Source: Myxococcota bacterium (lineage in GTDB: Bacteria; Myxococcota_A; UBA9160; PR03). Taken from it: 64,000 nucleotides of DNA. The notes beneath the pieces are model-generated. The model searched no databases, was not told the DNA's origin, and saw only the letters and a list, made by a program, of their open reading frames with translations. Below are positions 47,463 through 61,680 of this stretch, piece by piece. The first letter of the stretch is position 1, and every line of letters begins with the position of its first letter. A program made the position numbers and the translations under genes. The stretch spans positions 64,001 through 128,000 of the forward strand of contig JBFIML010000004.1 in assembly GCA_041611735.1 (NCBI GenBank), read 5' to 3'.

Positions 47463-48646
47463 GCATCCTGCGTCAGGGCCGGACCCAGGGCCTCGGCCAG
47501 CACGCGCGCCACCACCTCGGCGCCGAGCGCGTTCAGGTGCGTGTCCCCGACCCCCATGTACGGGAGGCGCCCGGCGCCCGCTTCCTTCTGGAGCTCCGCC
47601 GTGGCGTCCACCACGGCGACGCCCCGTCGCTCGGCCAGGTCGCGGATCCAGACCGGGAGTCGGCCCGGTTGCCAGTCCACGAAGCGCGGCTCCGCCTCGG
47701 CCGTGAAGCGCAGGTGGCCGTGCAGCACGCTGTGCTTGGTGGGGAGGTAGAGCAGCCAGGGCCGCATCCCGAGGCGCTGCGCGGTGCGGGCCCAGCCCTC
47801 GAGGGCCTGGGCCAGGCGCAGGCCCACGGGGCCCGGCAAGGCAGCGGGTTCCGGGGGCGCATAGCTGATGGTGACCGGCACCGGGCCGCCGGGGGTCTCG
47901 AAGAAGGCATTCGGCACCAGAGCCGGCTCGCTGCGGCCGAGGCTCGCCACGAGCTTCCACAGCGCCTTCACGAACGACGACTGGGGCACGATCTGATCCA
48001 GGCGGGTGCCGGAGACCACCGGTGGAAGCCCGGCCTGCGCGCGTCGCCGGGCCGCCTCCAGGAGATCCGCCTCCCGGTAGGTGTCGTCCAGGTCGTTGCC
48101 CTCGAAGAAGGCCAGCACCGCGTGCCGGGCGCTCGGCGCGCGCCCGTAGGACTCGAGATAGGTGGTCTGCGAGAAGGGTCCCGTCCAGCTCACGCCCAGG
48201 TTCTTGACGCGCACGCCCAGGCGCACGCCCAGGCGCGTGGTGAAGAGCTGCTCGTCCGGCAGGTGGCCGAGCTCGGTGAACGAGTCGCCGGCCACCACCA
48301 CCGTCCAGTCGTCGAGCCCGACGGGATTGCGGAAGCCCCCGGCGTCGTAGCGCACCGTGATGGGGGCCTCCTCCGGCAGGTAGGCCTCCGGGACTCCGTG
48401 CCGGCGCAGGTACGGGGTGAGGACGCGACCCTCCCAGCGGTCCGGCCCCGGACGCCGGAACAGGCCGTTCGGCAGCGGGACGATCGGCTGGCGGTAGAAG
48501 ATCGGCAGCCGCTCGAAGGCGCGGTGCCGGAAGTCGAAGTCGAAGCGCGCCCGGCGGAAGGCCACCTCGAGAACGCCCACCGAGACCGCGAGCGCCGCGG
48601 CGGCCAGGCCGAGGGCGGCCAGGCGGCCCCGGGCCGCCCGGCTCAT
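47447..48646 (-). CDS. AlgX/AlgJ-like SGNH protein (putative O-acetyltransferase/esterase)
   Basis: ATGA overlap; N-terminal TM; AGDSFTE; NLGVS; FEGND; PTK; DTHLN. Confidence 0.8.
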   Translation of the reverse strand: MSRAARGRLAALGLAAAALAVSVGVLEVAFRRARFDFDFRHRAFERLPIFYRQPIVPLPNGLFRRPGPDRWEGRVLTPYLRRHGVPEAYLPEEAPITVRYDAGGFRNPVGLDDWTVVVAGDSFTELGHLPDEQLFTTRLGVRLGVRVKNLGVSWTGPFSQTTYLESYGRAPSARHAVLAFFEGNDLDDTYREADLLEAARRRAQAGLPPVVSGTRLDQIVPQSSFVKALWKLVASLGRSEPALVPNAFFETPGGPVPVTISYAPPEPAALPGPVGLRLAQALEGWARTAQRLGMRPWLLYLPTKHSVLHGHLRFTAEAEPRFVDWQPGRLPVWIRDLAERRGVAVVDATAELQKEAGAGRLPYMGVGDTHLNALGAEVVARVLAEALGPALTQDAHGPP

Positions 48647-49809
48647 CGCCGGTTCATGCCCAGGATGCTGACGAAGAAGCTCGAGAGCACGGTCTGGAAG
48701 CCCAGGGCCGCCAGGGTCACGCCGGGGATCACCAGACGCATGGTGGCCGCGTAGTCCAGGGCCCCAAAGTCCACCGCCCGCCAGCGCAGCACGGCCAGCA
48801 CCAGCAGCACCACGCCGACCGCCAGGGCCAGGCCCCCCAGCGCGAGGCCCCGCTCCAGGTTCATGAGCTGGTAGAAGCGCGTGATGCGCGGGTCCTCGGG
48901 CAGCAGGCCCACGTGGACGGCGAAGGTCTTGGAGAAGACGGCGAACAGGATCGCCTGGTAGCCGAGCAGCAGCGCCAGGCTGGCGAAGAGCAGCGTATGG
49001 GCGTCCAGGGTGACGGCGCCGATGCGCGCGGCGGGCAGCGCCAGCGCGTAGCCCAGGAGCCCGAGCGCCACCATCACCAGGCCCGGGATCAGGAACAGCC
49101 AGCGCGGGCTGTACAGGAAGAAGAAGCGCACGGTGCGCCAGCCGTCCCGGAAGGTGCGCAGGTGGGGACGGTGGGCGCGGCGGCCGTCGGGGTGCAGTGT
49201 GATGGGTACCTCCTCGATGCGCTCGCCCGAGAGGCTCGCCTTGACGATCATCTCCGTCGCGAACTCCATGCCCGTGCAGAGCAGGTTCAGGCGCTCGTAG
49301 AAGCTCTTGCGGAAGCCGCGCAGGCCGCAGTAGGCATCGTTCACCGGGGAGCGGAACATGCGCCGGGCCATGGCCGTGAAGAGCGGGTTGCCGATCCAGC
49401 GGTGCAGGGTCGGCATGGCGCCCGGCCGGATCGTGCCCCCCCCGGACGGCAGCCGGCAGCCCTGCACCAGCGCCGCTCCGGCCCGCAGCCGCTCCACGAA
49501 GCGCGGGATCTCCGCGAAGTCGTAGCTGTCGTCGGCGTCGCCCATCACCACGAAGCGGCCGCGGGCCGCGGCGATGCCGCCCATCAAGGCGTTGCCGTAG
49601 CCGCGCTCCGCCACGGCCACGACCTGCGCGCCCAGGCGGCGGGCGATCTCCGGCGAGCCGTCGCAGCTGCCGTTGTCGGCCACCACCACCTCGCCGCGGA
49701 TGCCGTGCTCGGCCAGGGCGCCCTGGGCCTTGCGGATGCAGCGCTCCAGGGTGTCCGCCTCGTTCAGGCAGGGCATCACCACGGACACCTCGATCTCGCC
49801 GGCATCCAT
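48643..49809 (-). CDS. GT2 polyprenyl-phosphate-sugar (DPM1-like) synthase with C-terminal TM domain
   Basis: SVVMPCLNE, ADNGSCDG, GYGNA, MGDADDSY, GMEFATE, LRTFRDGWR, then TM helices. Alternative ATG at 49866. Confidence 0.88.
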   Translation of the reverse strand: MDAGEIEVSVVMPCLNEADTLERCIRKAQGALAEHGIRGEVVVADNGSCDGSPEIARRLGAQVVAVAERGYGNALMGGIAAARGRFVVMGDADDSYDFAEIPRFVERLRAGAALVQGCRLPSGGGTIRPGAMPTLHRWIGNPLFTAMARRMFRSPVNDAYCGLRGFRKSFYERLNLLCTGMEFATEMIVKASLSGERIEEVPITLHPDGRRAHRPHLRTFRDGWRTVRFFFLYSPRWLFLIPGLVMVALGLLGYALALPAARIGAVTLDAHTLLFASLALLLGYQAILFAVFSKTFAVHVGLLPEDPRITRFYQLMNLERGLALGGLALAVGVVLLVLAVLRWRAVDFGALDYAATMRLVIPGVTLAALGFQTVLSSFFVSILGMNRR

Positions 49810-49862
49810 CGGCCCGTCCCCGTGGCAGGCGCGCGCCAGTGTATCGCCGGGGCCCGGTCGGC

Positions 49863-52253
49863 TCATGGCAGCGCAACGCCCAGGCGCTGGGCGAGACGCT
49901 GGCGCTCGGCGAGCCAGGGCGCCGGGGCCTCGTCCTCCCGCAGCGCGAGGGAGCGCTCGAGCGCGCGGCGCGCCTGGGCCGGGCGCCCGAGGGCGGCCAG
50001 GGCGGCGGCGCGCAGGTAGAGCAGACGCGCCGAGGCGGAGCCGACCGCAAGCGCCCGATCTGCGGCGGAGAGGGCCGCCGCCGGCTCGCCCCGGACCAGG
50101 TGCAGCTCGGCCAGGGTGTCGAGCACGTTCGGCTCGTCGCCGCTGCGCCGGGCCGCGGCCTGGGCGAGACCCAGGGCCCGGTCCAGGTCGCGCCCCAGGC
50201 GCAGCAGGGTCCACGCCACGGCGTTCTCGAGGGCCGCCACGTCGGGGGTCCGGGCGAGCGCCTCCTCGCGCACGCGCAGGGCCTCCTCGAGCTGCCCGTG
50301 CTTCTCGAGCAGGCTCGCCTGGGCCAGGGCCAGGGCCGGGGCGTCGGGATGACGCCGCCGCGCCTCGCGCAGGCGCACCCCGGCCTTGGCCCCCCGGCCG
50401 GCGTTCTCCTCCGCCAGCGCGAGACGCAGGGCCGCCGCGGGCTCGAGCTGGGCCTCGATGGTGAGACCCTCGAGCAGGGGATCCGCTTCCGCCGCACGGC
50501 CCTGCTCCAGGCGCAGGGCGGCCAGCCGCCACACGGCCTCCGCGCCGCCGTCGGGAAGCGAGCGCGCCTGCTCGTAGTGCGGCGCGGCGGCGTCCCGGTC
50601 GCCGAGGGCCTCCTCGCTGCGGCCCAGGCCGAGCCGCGCCGCCGCCGAACGCGGCGCCAGGACGACCGCCTGGCGATACACGGCTCGGGCCTCCTCCCGC
50701 TCGCCGAGGGCCTCGAGGGCCACGCCGAGGGTGAGGGTCGCGTCGATCCGGCCGGGAGCCTGGGCCAGCGCTTCCCGCGCGTCGCGCCGGGCCGCGGCCG
50801 GGTCACCGGCGCGCAGGGCGGCGACGGCCCGCAGGGCCAGGACCTGGGCGCCCGGGTCTCGGATCTCCGCCAGCCGGGCCAGCGCCTCCGCCGCCCGGCC
50901 CGCCGCGACCAGCGCCTCCGCCTGGCCCAGCTCCACGATCAGCCCGAGCTCGTCCTTGGGATCGGGCCCGCCCACACGCCCGAGCTCCTCCCGGGGCGGG
51001 AGCACCGCCGGGACCACGTAGCCCAGGGCCTCCAGGCGCTGGCGCTCCGCATCGCTCAGGGCCAGCAGCTCGGCGGGCGGCGCCGTGGCCTCGGCCAGGC
51101 GCGCCTCGAGTCGGGCCTCGAGCTCGTGCAGGCGCGCGGCGTCCTCCCCGGCCAGGTTGCGCTCCTCGGCGGGGTCCGCCGCCAGGTCATAGAGCTCCGG
51201 GCGCGGCGCCCGCACGTACTTGAAGCGCACCGTGCGCAGGCCGAGCAGCGGGCTCCAGCCGAAGTCGAGCTGCGTGGCCAGGGTCTCGAGATGGGCGGCG
51301 CGCTCCGGGAGCGTGCCGCCGGTCAGCAGCGGGGTGAGGTCGCGCCCGTCCAGGGATCCGAGGGCCGCAAGGCCCGCGAGCGCGGCGAGGGTGGGCGCCA
51401 CGTCGGCCAGGGCGACCGGCTGCGCCACCACGGCACCCGCCGGGAGCCCGGCCCCCGCCAGGAGCAGCGGCACGCGCTGGGTCGCCTCGTAGAGCGTGTA
51501 CGAATGGGTGGGCTCGCCGTGCTCCCCGAGGCTCTCGCCGTGGTCGCTGGTCACGACCACGAGCGTGCGGGGCCCGTCGAGTGCCTGGAGCAGGCGTCCG
51601 AGCTCCCGGTCCACGAAGGCGATCTCGCCGTCGTAGGGGGCGCCCCGGAAATCCGCGGCGAAGGGCGGCGGGGGCCGGTAGACCGCGTGGGGGTCGTAGA
51701 AGTGGACCCACAGGAAGAAGCGCCTCGGCGCCTCGGCGAGCCAGGCCAGGGCGCGCTCCACCACCTGGTCGGCGGAGCGCTCCGAGTAGCCCACGAAGCC
51801 CGATTGCTCGCCGCCGATCTCGTCGTCGTAGTGCGCGAAGCCGCGCTCCAGGCCGTGGCGGCGCTCGAGGACCACGGCGCCCACCACCGCCGCCGTGTCC
51901 CAGCCGGCCGCGGTGAAGTGCTCCGCCAGGGTCGGGATCGAGGCGTCCAGCCGGAACACCGAGTTGTGCCGCACGCCGTGGCGGGGCGGGTCGAGGCCGG
52001 TGAGGAGCGTCGCGTGGGAGGGCAAGGTGAGGGGCGTCGGGGCCACGGCCGTCTCGAAGCGCACGCCCCGGGCGGCGAGGCCGTCCAGGGTGGGGGTGCG
52101 CGCCCGGGCGTGGCCGTAGGCCCCGACCCGGTCGGCGCGCAGCGTGTCGATGGTGACGAGCACGACGCGCTCGGGCCCCGCGCCGCCCCGGCCGCAGCCG
52201 GCCGCCAGCGCGACGAAGGCCAGCAGCGCGAGCCGCGCCGCGGACCCTCGCAT
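49863..52253 (-). CDS. Sulfatase-fold lipoprotein with C-terminal TPRs (paralog of 16929-18908)
   Basis: Lipobox AAG-C; TIDTLRAD; PLTLPSH; HFYDPH; SDHGE; LEALGYV; TPRs. Confidence 0.85.
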   Translation of the reverse strand: MRGSAARLALLAFVALAAGCGRGGAGPERVVLVTIDTLRADRVGAYGHARARTPTLDGLAARGVRFETAVAPTPLTLPSHATLLTGLDPPRHGVRHNSVFRLDASIPTLAEHFTAAGWDTAAVVGAVVLERRHGLERGFAHYDDEIGGEQSGFVGYSERSADQVVERALAWLAEAPRRFFLWVHFYDPHAVYRPPPPFAADFRGAPYDGEIAFVDRELGRLLQALDGPRTLVVVTSDHGESLGEHGEPTHSYTLYEATQRVPLLLAGAGLPAGAVVAQPVALADVAPTLAALAGLAALGSLDGRDLTPLLTGGTLPERAAHLETLATQLDFGWSPLLGLRTVRFKYVRAPRPELYDLAADPAEERNLAGEDAARLHELEARLEARLAEATAPPAELLALSDAERQRLEALGYVVPAVLPPREELGRVGGPDPKDELGLIVELGQAEALVAAGRAAEALARLAEIRDPGAQVLALRAVAALRAGDPAAARRDAREALAQAPGRIDATLTLGVALEALGEREEARAVYRQAVVLAPRSAAARLGLGRSEEALGDRDAAAPHYEQARSLPDGGAEAVWRLAALRLEQGRAAEADPLLEGLTIEAQLEPAAALRLALAEENAGRGAKAGVRLREARRRHPDAPALALAQASLLEKHGQLEEALRVREEALARTPDVAALENAVAWTLLRLGRDLDRALGLAQAAARRSGDEPNVLDTLAELHLVRGEPAAALSAADRALAVGSASARLLYLRAAALAALGRPAQARRALERSLALREDEAPAPWLAERQRLAQRLGVALP

Positions 52254-52267
52254 GGACCGCCCGGCCC

Positions 52268-53287
52268 TCAAGAGCTCGCGCGCGCCCAGACGTAGCGCAC
52301 GACGCCGCCCGGCAGGACGGGCACCTCGCCCGTCGCGCCGAAGCCCGCCTCCGCCAGGGTCCGGTGCAGGCCCGCCAGGTCCGGCAGGCCGAAGACGCCG
52401 CGATTCATGCGCAGCACCAGGTCCAGCAGCGCCAGGCTGGCACGCAGCCCCAGCAGGTCCGCCAGGGGTCCCTCGACGAGCACGGGAGTCTGCACCGCCA
52501 CCACGCCCCCGGCGGCGAGTCGCCCGGCCGCGCGCCGGAACAGCGCCTCGTGCTCGGCGGGTGGAAAGCGGTGCAGGTTGTGGTTCAGCAGCACCAGATC
52601 GAAGCTCCCCTTCGCGAGCTCGAGGGTCATGAAGTCGCCCACGCGCACCTCGGCGCGGCGTGAGACCTCCGCCTCGCGCAGGCGGCTGCGCGCGTCCTCC
52701 GCCGCCCGGGGATCCGCCTCCACGCCCAGGGCCTGGGTGTCCCGGCGCCAGGCCAGCAGCTTCGCCAGGAAGCCGCCCCGGCCGCAGCCCACCTCGAGCA
52801 CCCGGCGCGGGCGGTCCGCGCCGGGGATGCGCCGCAGCGCGTGCACGGCCCGCCCCTCCGCCATGCCGGAGATCGCGGCCACCCGCTGCGCCTCCTGGTA
52901 GGGGTCGAGGGGTGGACGCTCGGCGCCCTTCAGCAGCTCGGGCAGCTCCAGGAGCTGCCTCCCGAGGGTCTCGGCGGCGAGATCCACCAGGGCCTGGAGC
53001 GCCCCGGCGGCCGGCGAGTCGAGCAGCCACGCCACGGTCGGAACGATCTCGTAGGCGTCGTCGCGCCGCCGCAGCCAACCCTGGGCGTGCAGGGCCTGGG
53101 CCCAGGACGCCACCAGATCCGGGGCCAGGGCGAGGCGCTCGGCCAGGGCCCCGGCGCTCTGGGGCGTGCGCAGCGCCTCGAACAGGCCCAGGCGCAGGCC
53201 CGCCCGCAGCAGCGGGAGGCGCGCGGACGCGTCCAGGGCGGCGGCGAGCCGGCGCGTGTGGCGGACCTGCTCGTAGGCGGACGCCAC
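52268..53287 (-). CDS. O-methyltransferase-like SAM-dependent methyltransferase with N-terminal helical/wHTH domain
   Basis: LGLFEAL...ALAERL N-terminus; VLEVGCGRG; VGDF; FDLVLL..NLH. Confidence 0.8.
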   Translation of the reverse strand: MASAYEQVRHTRRLAAALDASARLPLLRAGLRLGLFEALRTPQSAGALAERLALAPDLVASWAQALHAQGWLRRRDDAYEIVPTVAWLLDSPAAGALQALVDLAAETLGRQLLELPELLKGAERPPLDPYQEAQRVAAISGMAEGRAVHALRRIPGADRPRRVLEVGCGRGGFLAKLLAWRRDTQALGVEADPRAAEDARSRLREAEVSRRAEVRVGDFMTLELAKGSFDLVLLNHNLHRFPPAEHEALFRRAAGRLAAGGVVAVQTPVLVEGPLADLLGLRASLALLDLVLRMNRGVFGLPDLAGLHRTLAEAGFGATGEVPVLPGGVVRYVWARASS

Positions 53288-53291
53288 CGGC

Positions 53292-55462
53292 TTAGACGGG
53301 CTCCAGGTTGGCGAAGCGCACCAGGATGGTCTTGACGCCCACCCGGTCGAAACGGATGCGGAGCTTCTGGCCGGGGCCCCGCCCGCTGGCCTCGAGCACG
53401 CTGCCCTCGCCGAAGACGGGGTGGCGCACGCGCAGGCCGCGCACGGCGTCCGGCACCTCCCCCTCCGTCTGGCTGACCGAGTAGTCGAGGGTGCGCTCCG
53501 ACTGCGGGCCGCGGGCCGCGGGCACGGCGCCCGCCAGCAGCGAAGACGGGATCTCGCCCAGGAAGCGCGACGGGACGCCCCAGGTGCGGGAGCCGAAGCG
53601 GCGCCGCTCCTCGGCCCAGGTGAGCACCAGGCGGTCCATGGCGCGGGTCATGCCCACGTAGAAGAGGCGCCGCTCCTCTTCGAGGCCGGCCTCGTCCCGG
53701 GAGGAGGCCGTGTGCGGGAAGATCCCCTCCTCGAGCCCCACCAGGAAGACCACCGGGAACTCGAGCCCCTTGGCCGAGTGGCCGGTCATGAGCGCGACCC
53801 GCTCGGCCCGCGACTCCCAGCCGTCGAGGTCGCTCACCAGCGCCACCTGGTCCAGGAAGAGCTCGAGGGCGGAGCGCTCGTCCTCCTCCCCGGCGTTGGC
53901 GGCGGCAAAGTCCTCGGCGGCGGAGAGGAGCTCGCGCAGGTTCTCGAGGCGGGTCTCCGCCTCCGGCGTGCCCTCGCGCTCCAGCTGGCGCAGGTAGCCG
54001 CTGCGTTCCAGGGCGAGGGCGAGGGCCTCGGCCGGCCGCAGCCCCCGTACCGTGCGGGCGAGCTCCTCCAGGAGCGCCAGCAGCTCGCGCACGCGCGGCG
54101 CGGCGCGGCCCCGGGCCTGGGCGGCGAAGCGTTGCAGCCCCACCCACAGCGGCGCCCCGTCCGCCTCCGCCAGCGCGGCGGCCCGCTCCAGGGTGGTGCG
54201 CCCGATCCCGCGCGGCGGCGCGTTCACCAGGCGCTGCAACGCCTGGCCGTCCGCGGGGTTCACCAGCACCCGCAGCCAGGCCAGCGCGTCCTTCACCTCG
54301 GCCCGCTCGTAGAAGCGGACGCCGCCCACCACCACGTAGGGGACGTCGTACTTGAGCAGCTCCTCCTCGAAGGGACGCGACTGGGCGTGGGTGCGGTAGA
54401 AGACCGCGAAGTCCCCCAGCCGCCGCCCCTCTTCGCGCACGGCGCCGAGCAGCTCGCGCACCACGAACTGCGCCTCGTCGCGCTCGTCGGCCGCCTCGTA
54501 GAGCCGGATCGGCTCGCCGTCGCCCCGCTCCGTGCGCATGCGCTTTTCCTTGCGCGCGCGGTTGCGGGCCACCACCGCCGAGGCGCCGTCCAGGATCGGA
54601 CGGGTGGAGCGGTAGTTGCGTTCGAGCTTGACCACCCGGGCGTGCGGGAAGTCGCGCTCGAAGTCCAGGATGTTGCGCACGTCGGCACCGCGCCAGGCGT
54701 AGATGGACTGGTCCGGGTCGCCCACCACGCACAGATTGCGGTGCTCGCCGGCGAGCTGGTTCACGAGCCGGTACTGGACGCGGTTCGTGTCCTGGTACTC
54801 GTCCACCAGCACGTACTGCCAGCGCCGCCGGTAGTGCCCGAGCACCTCGGGGAAGCCGTCGAACAGCTCGGTGGTCTGGAGGATCAGGTCGCCGAAGTCG
54901 AGGGCGTTCGCCTCGGCCAGCAGGCGCTGGTAGGTGGCGTACAGGTCGGCGGCGGTCTCCGCCTCGGCGTCGTGGGCCGCCTGCGCCACCCGCGCCGGCA
55001 GCCAGCCGGCGTTCTTCCACTGGTCGATGCGCCAGCGCAGCCGCCGGGGGTCGTGGAGCTTGGGGTCGAAGCCCCGGCGCCTCAGGGCCTCCTTCACCAG
55101 GCCCAGGCTGTCGGCGTCGTCGTAGATCACGAAGCCCCGCGAGAGGCCCAGGTGGCCGGCTTCGCGGCGCAGGATGCGCACGCAGCTCGAATGGAAGGTG
55201 GAGATCCACAGGCCCTCCGCCTCGGGGCCCAGCAGCTTCTGCACCCGCTCGCGCATCTCGGCGGCCGCCTTGTTGGTGAAGGTCACGGCCAGGATCTGTT
55301 CGGGGGGGATACCGCAGACGCCGATCAGCCAGGCCACGCGGTGCACGAGGACGCGGGTCTTGCCGCTCCCGGCGCCGGCCAGCACCAGCAACGGGCCCTC
55401 GGTGGTCTCGACCGCCTCCCGCTGCTCGGGATTCAGTCCCTCCAGAATGGAGTCGGCGAGCA

Positions 55463-55463
<1 letters not shown>
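53292..55463 (-). CDS. pcrA: ATP-dependent DNA helicase PcrA/UvrD
   Basis: LNPEQ, AGAGSGKTRV, TFTNKAA, VDEYQDTN, GDPDQSIYAWRGA, HSAKGLEF, EERRLFYVGMTRA, C-terminal VRHPVFGEG domain. Confidence 0.93.
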
Positions 55464-57298
<1,835 letters not shown>

Positions 57299-57308
57299 GG
57301 CTTCGCTC

Positions 57309-58646
57309 CTACTCCGACTCGGGCTTGCCGGGCCGGCGGCGGCGCCAGCCTTCCACGTTGCGCTGGCGGGTCCGGGCCACGCCGAGGGCGTCCTCCGGGA
57401 CGTCCTGGGTGAGGGTCGAGCCCGCGGCCACGAACGCGTTGCGCTCGATCTTGATGGGGGCGACCAGGTTCGCGTTGCAGCCGATGAAGGCGCCCTCCTC
57501 CACCGTGGTGCGGTGCTTGCGGACCCCGTCGTAGTTCACCACGACCGAGCCGCAGCCGAAGCTGACGCCGTCGCCCACGTCGGCGTCCCCGATGTAGCTC
57601 AGGTGGTCCGCCTTCACCCCCTCGCCCAGCACGCTGTTCTTGACCTCGACGAAGTTGCCGATGCGGGTGCCGCGACCCAGGCGGGTCCCGGGACGCAGGT
57701 GGGCGCAGGGACCGACCACCGCGTCGTCCCCGACCTGGCTCCACTCGATGGTCGAATGGGCCTTCACGTGCACCCGCTCGCCGATCACGGTCTCGCCGCG
57801 GATCACACAGCCGGGCTCGATCACCGAGTCCCGGCCGATCTGGACGTCCACGTCCAGGTAGGTGGCCGCGGGGTCCACCAGGGTGACGCCCGCGGCCATC
57901 AGGCGTTCGGCGGTCTGGCGGCGCAGGCCGGCCGCCGCCCGGGCCAGCTCGGCCCGCGTGTTGACCCCGAGCGCCTCCTCCGGGTCGTCCAGCACCAGGG
58001 CCTCGACCCGGCGGCCCTCGGCCACGGCCCGTTCCACCACGTCGGTCACGTAGATCTCGCCCTGGGCGTTGCGGTCATCCACCGCGTCGAGCGCCTTCCA
58101 CAGCAGCTCCGCATCCACCCCGTAGACGCCGGTGTTGCCCTCCTCGAGGGCCCGCTCCTCGGGGCTGGCGTCGGTCATCTCCACGATGCGCGCCACGCGC
58201 CCCGCCGCGTCGCGCACCACGCGGCCCGGCAGCGGGAGCCGGGCCGAGAGCAGCACCAGGTCGGCGTCTCGGGCCGCCTTGACCTCGCGCATGCGCCGCA
58301 GGGTCTCGCCGCGCAGGAGCGGCGTGTCGCCATAGAGGATGAAGACCTCGCCGGCGAAGTCGCGCAGGGCCTCGCGCGCGCAGAGCACCGCGTGGCCCGT
58401 GCCGCGCTGCTCCGCCTGCTCCACGAACTGCGCGCGCCCTGCGAAAGCCTCTCGCACCCGGGCCCCGTCCCGCCCGATCACCACCACCAGGCGTTGCGGG
58501 TCGAGGGCGGCGGCCGCTGCGAGCGCGTACGCCAGCATGGGGCGTCCGGCCACGTCGTGGAGGACCTTCACGAAGCTGGACTTCATGCGGGTTCCCTGGC
58601 CGGCGGCCAGGATCACGACGGCCGGTGCCCCCGCGCTGCGCCCCAT
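57309..58646 (-). CDS. glmU: Bifunctional UDP-GlcNAc pyrophosphorylase / glucosamine-1-P acetyltransferase
   Basis: SD AGGAGG; ILAAGQGTRMKS, GTGHAV, YGDTPL, GNFVEVKNS, HLSYIGDA, NYDG. Confidence 0.97.
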   Translation of the reverse strand: MGRSAGAPAVVILAAGQGTRMKSSFVKVLHDVAGRPMLAYALAAAAALDPQRLVVVIGRDGARVREAFAGRAQFVEQAEQRGTGHAVLCAREALRDFAGEVFILYGDTPLLRGETLRRMREVKAARDADLVLLSARLPLPGRVVRDAAGRVARIVEMTDASPEERALEEGNTGVYGVDAELLWKALDAVDDRNAQGEIYVTDVVERAVAEGRRVEALVLDDPEEALGVNTRAELARAAAGLRRQTAERLMAAGVTLVDPAATYLDVDVQIGRDSVIEPGCVIRGETVIGERVHVKAHSTIEWSQVGDDAVVGPCAHLRPGTRLGRGTRIGNFVEVKNSVLGEGVKADHLSYIGDADVGDGVSFGCGSVVVNYDGVRKHRTTVEEGAFIGCNANLVAPIKIERNAFVAAGSTLTQDVPEDALGVARTRQRNVEGWRRRRPGKPESE

Positions 58647-58833
58647 GTCTCCTCCTGTTTCGGCGCGCCGTGCGGCGGCGTTGACGGGACGTCCGACGCC
58701 GGGGGTGGCGAGCCAGGGAGGGTACCCTCCCGGACGCCGGAACCGAAGAGCGGGCCCCGACCCCGCGGGCCCGGATCCCGGTCGCGGTAGACGTGCCCCG
58801 TGGGGACGCGAGGGGCCCGGAGGCCGGATCGGC

Positions 58834-58863
58834 TTGCGGGCGTCGACGAGGGTCTCATACATT
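58834..58863 (+). promoter_or_regulatory. Putative sigma-70-type promoter of hflX
   Basis: TTGCGG-N18-TACATT. Confidence 0.45.
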
Positions 58864-58896
58864 GGAAGGCATCCCCCCACCCCGGAAGGAGCTGCG

Positions 58897-61583
<2,687 letters not shown>

Positions 61584-61626
61584 CCCATGCCGCGTCGCGT
61601 CTAGCGGGCATTCCCCCCGGGCGCAA

Positions 61627-61652
61627 TTCGATTCGTAACGGATCGAATCGAA
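61627..61652. repeat. 9-bp perfect inverted repeat TTCGATTCG-N8-CGAATCGAA
   Basis: Seen directly in the fabH / phasin-like intergenic region. Confidence 0.7.
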
Positions 61653-61680
61653 ACCGTTTTCGCTGCCCCCGCGGGCTCCC

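Noticed and set aside
47447-53078. Possible frameshifted or fused genes suggested by nested long ORFs
   Set aside because: Each real domain has its own start and intact stop, so no frameshift or pseudogene is needed.
57299-57308. glmS ribozyme
   Set aside because: Only 10 bp separate glmU and glmS, leaving no room.
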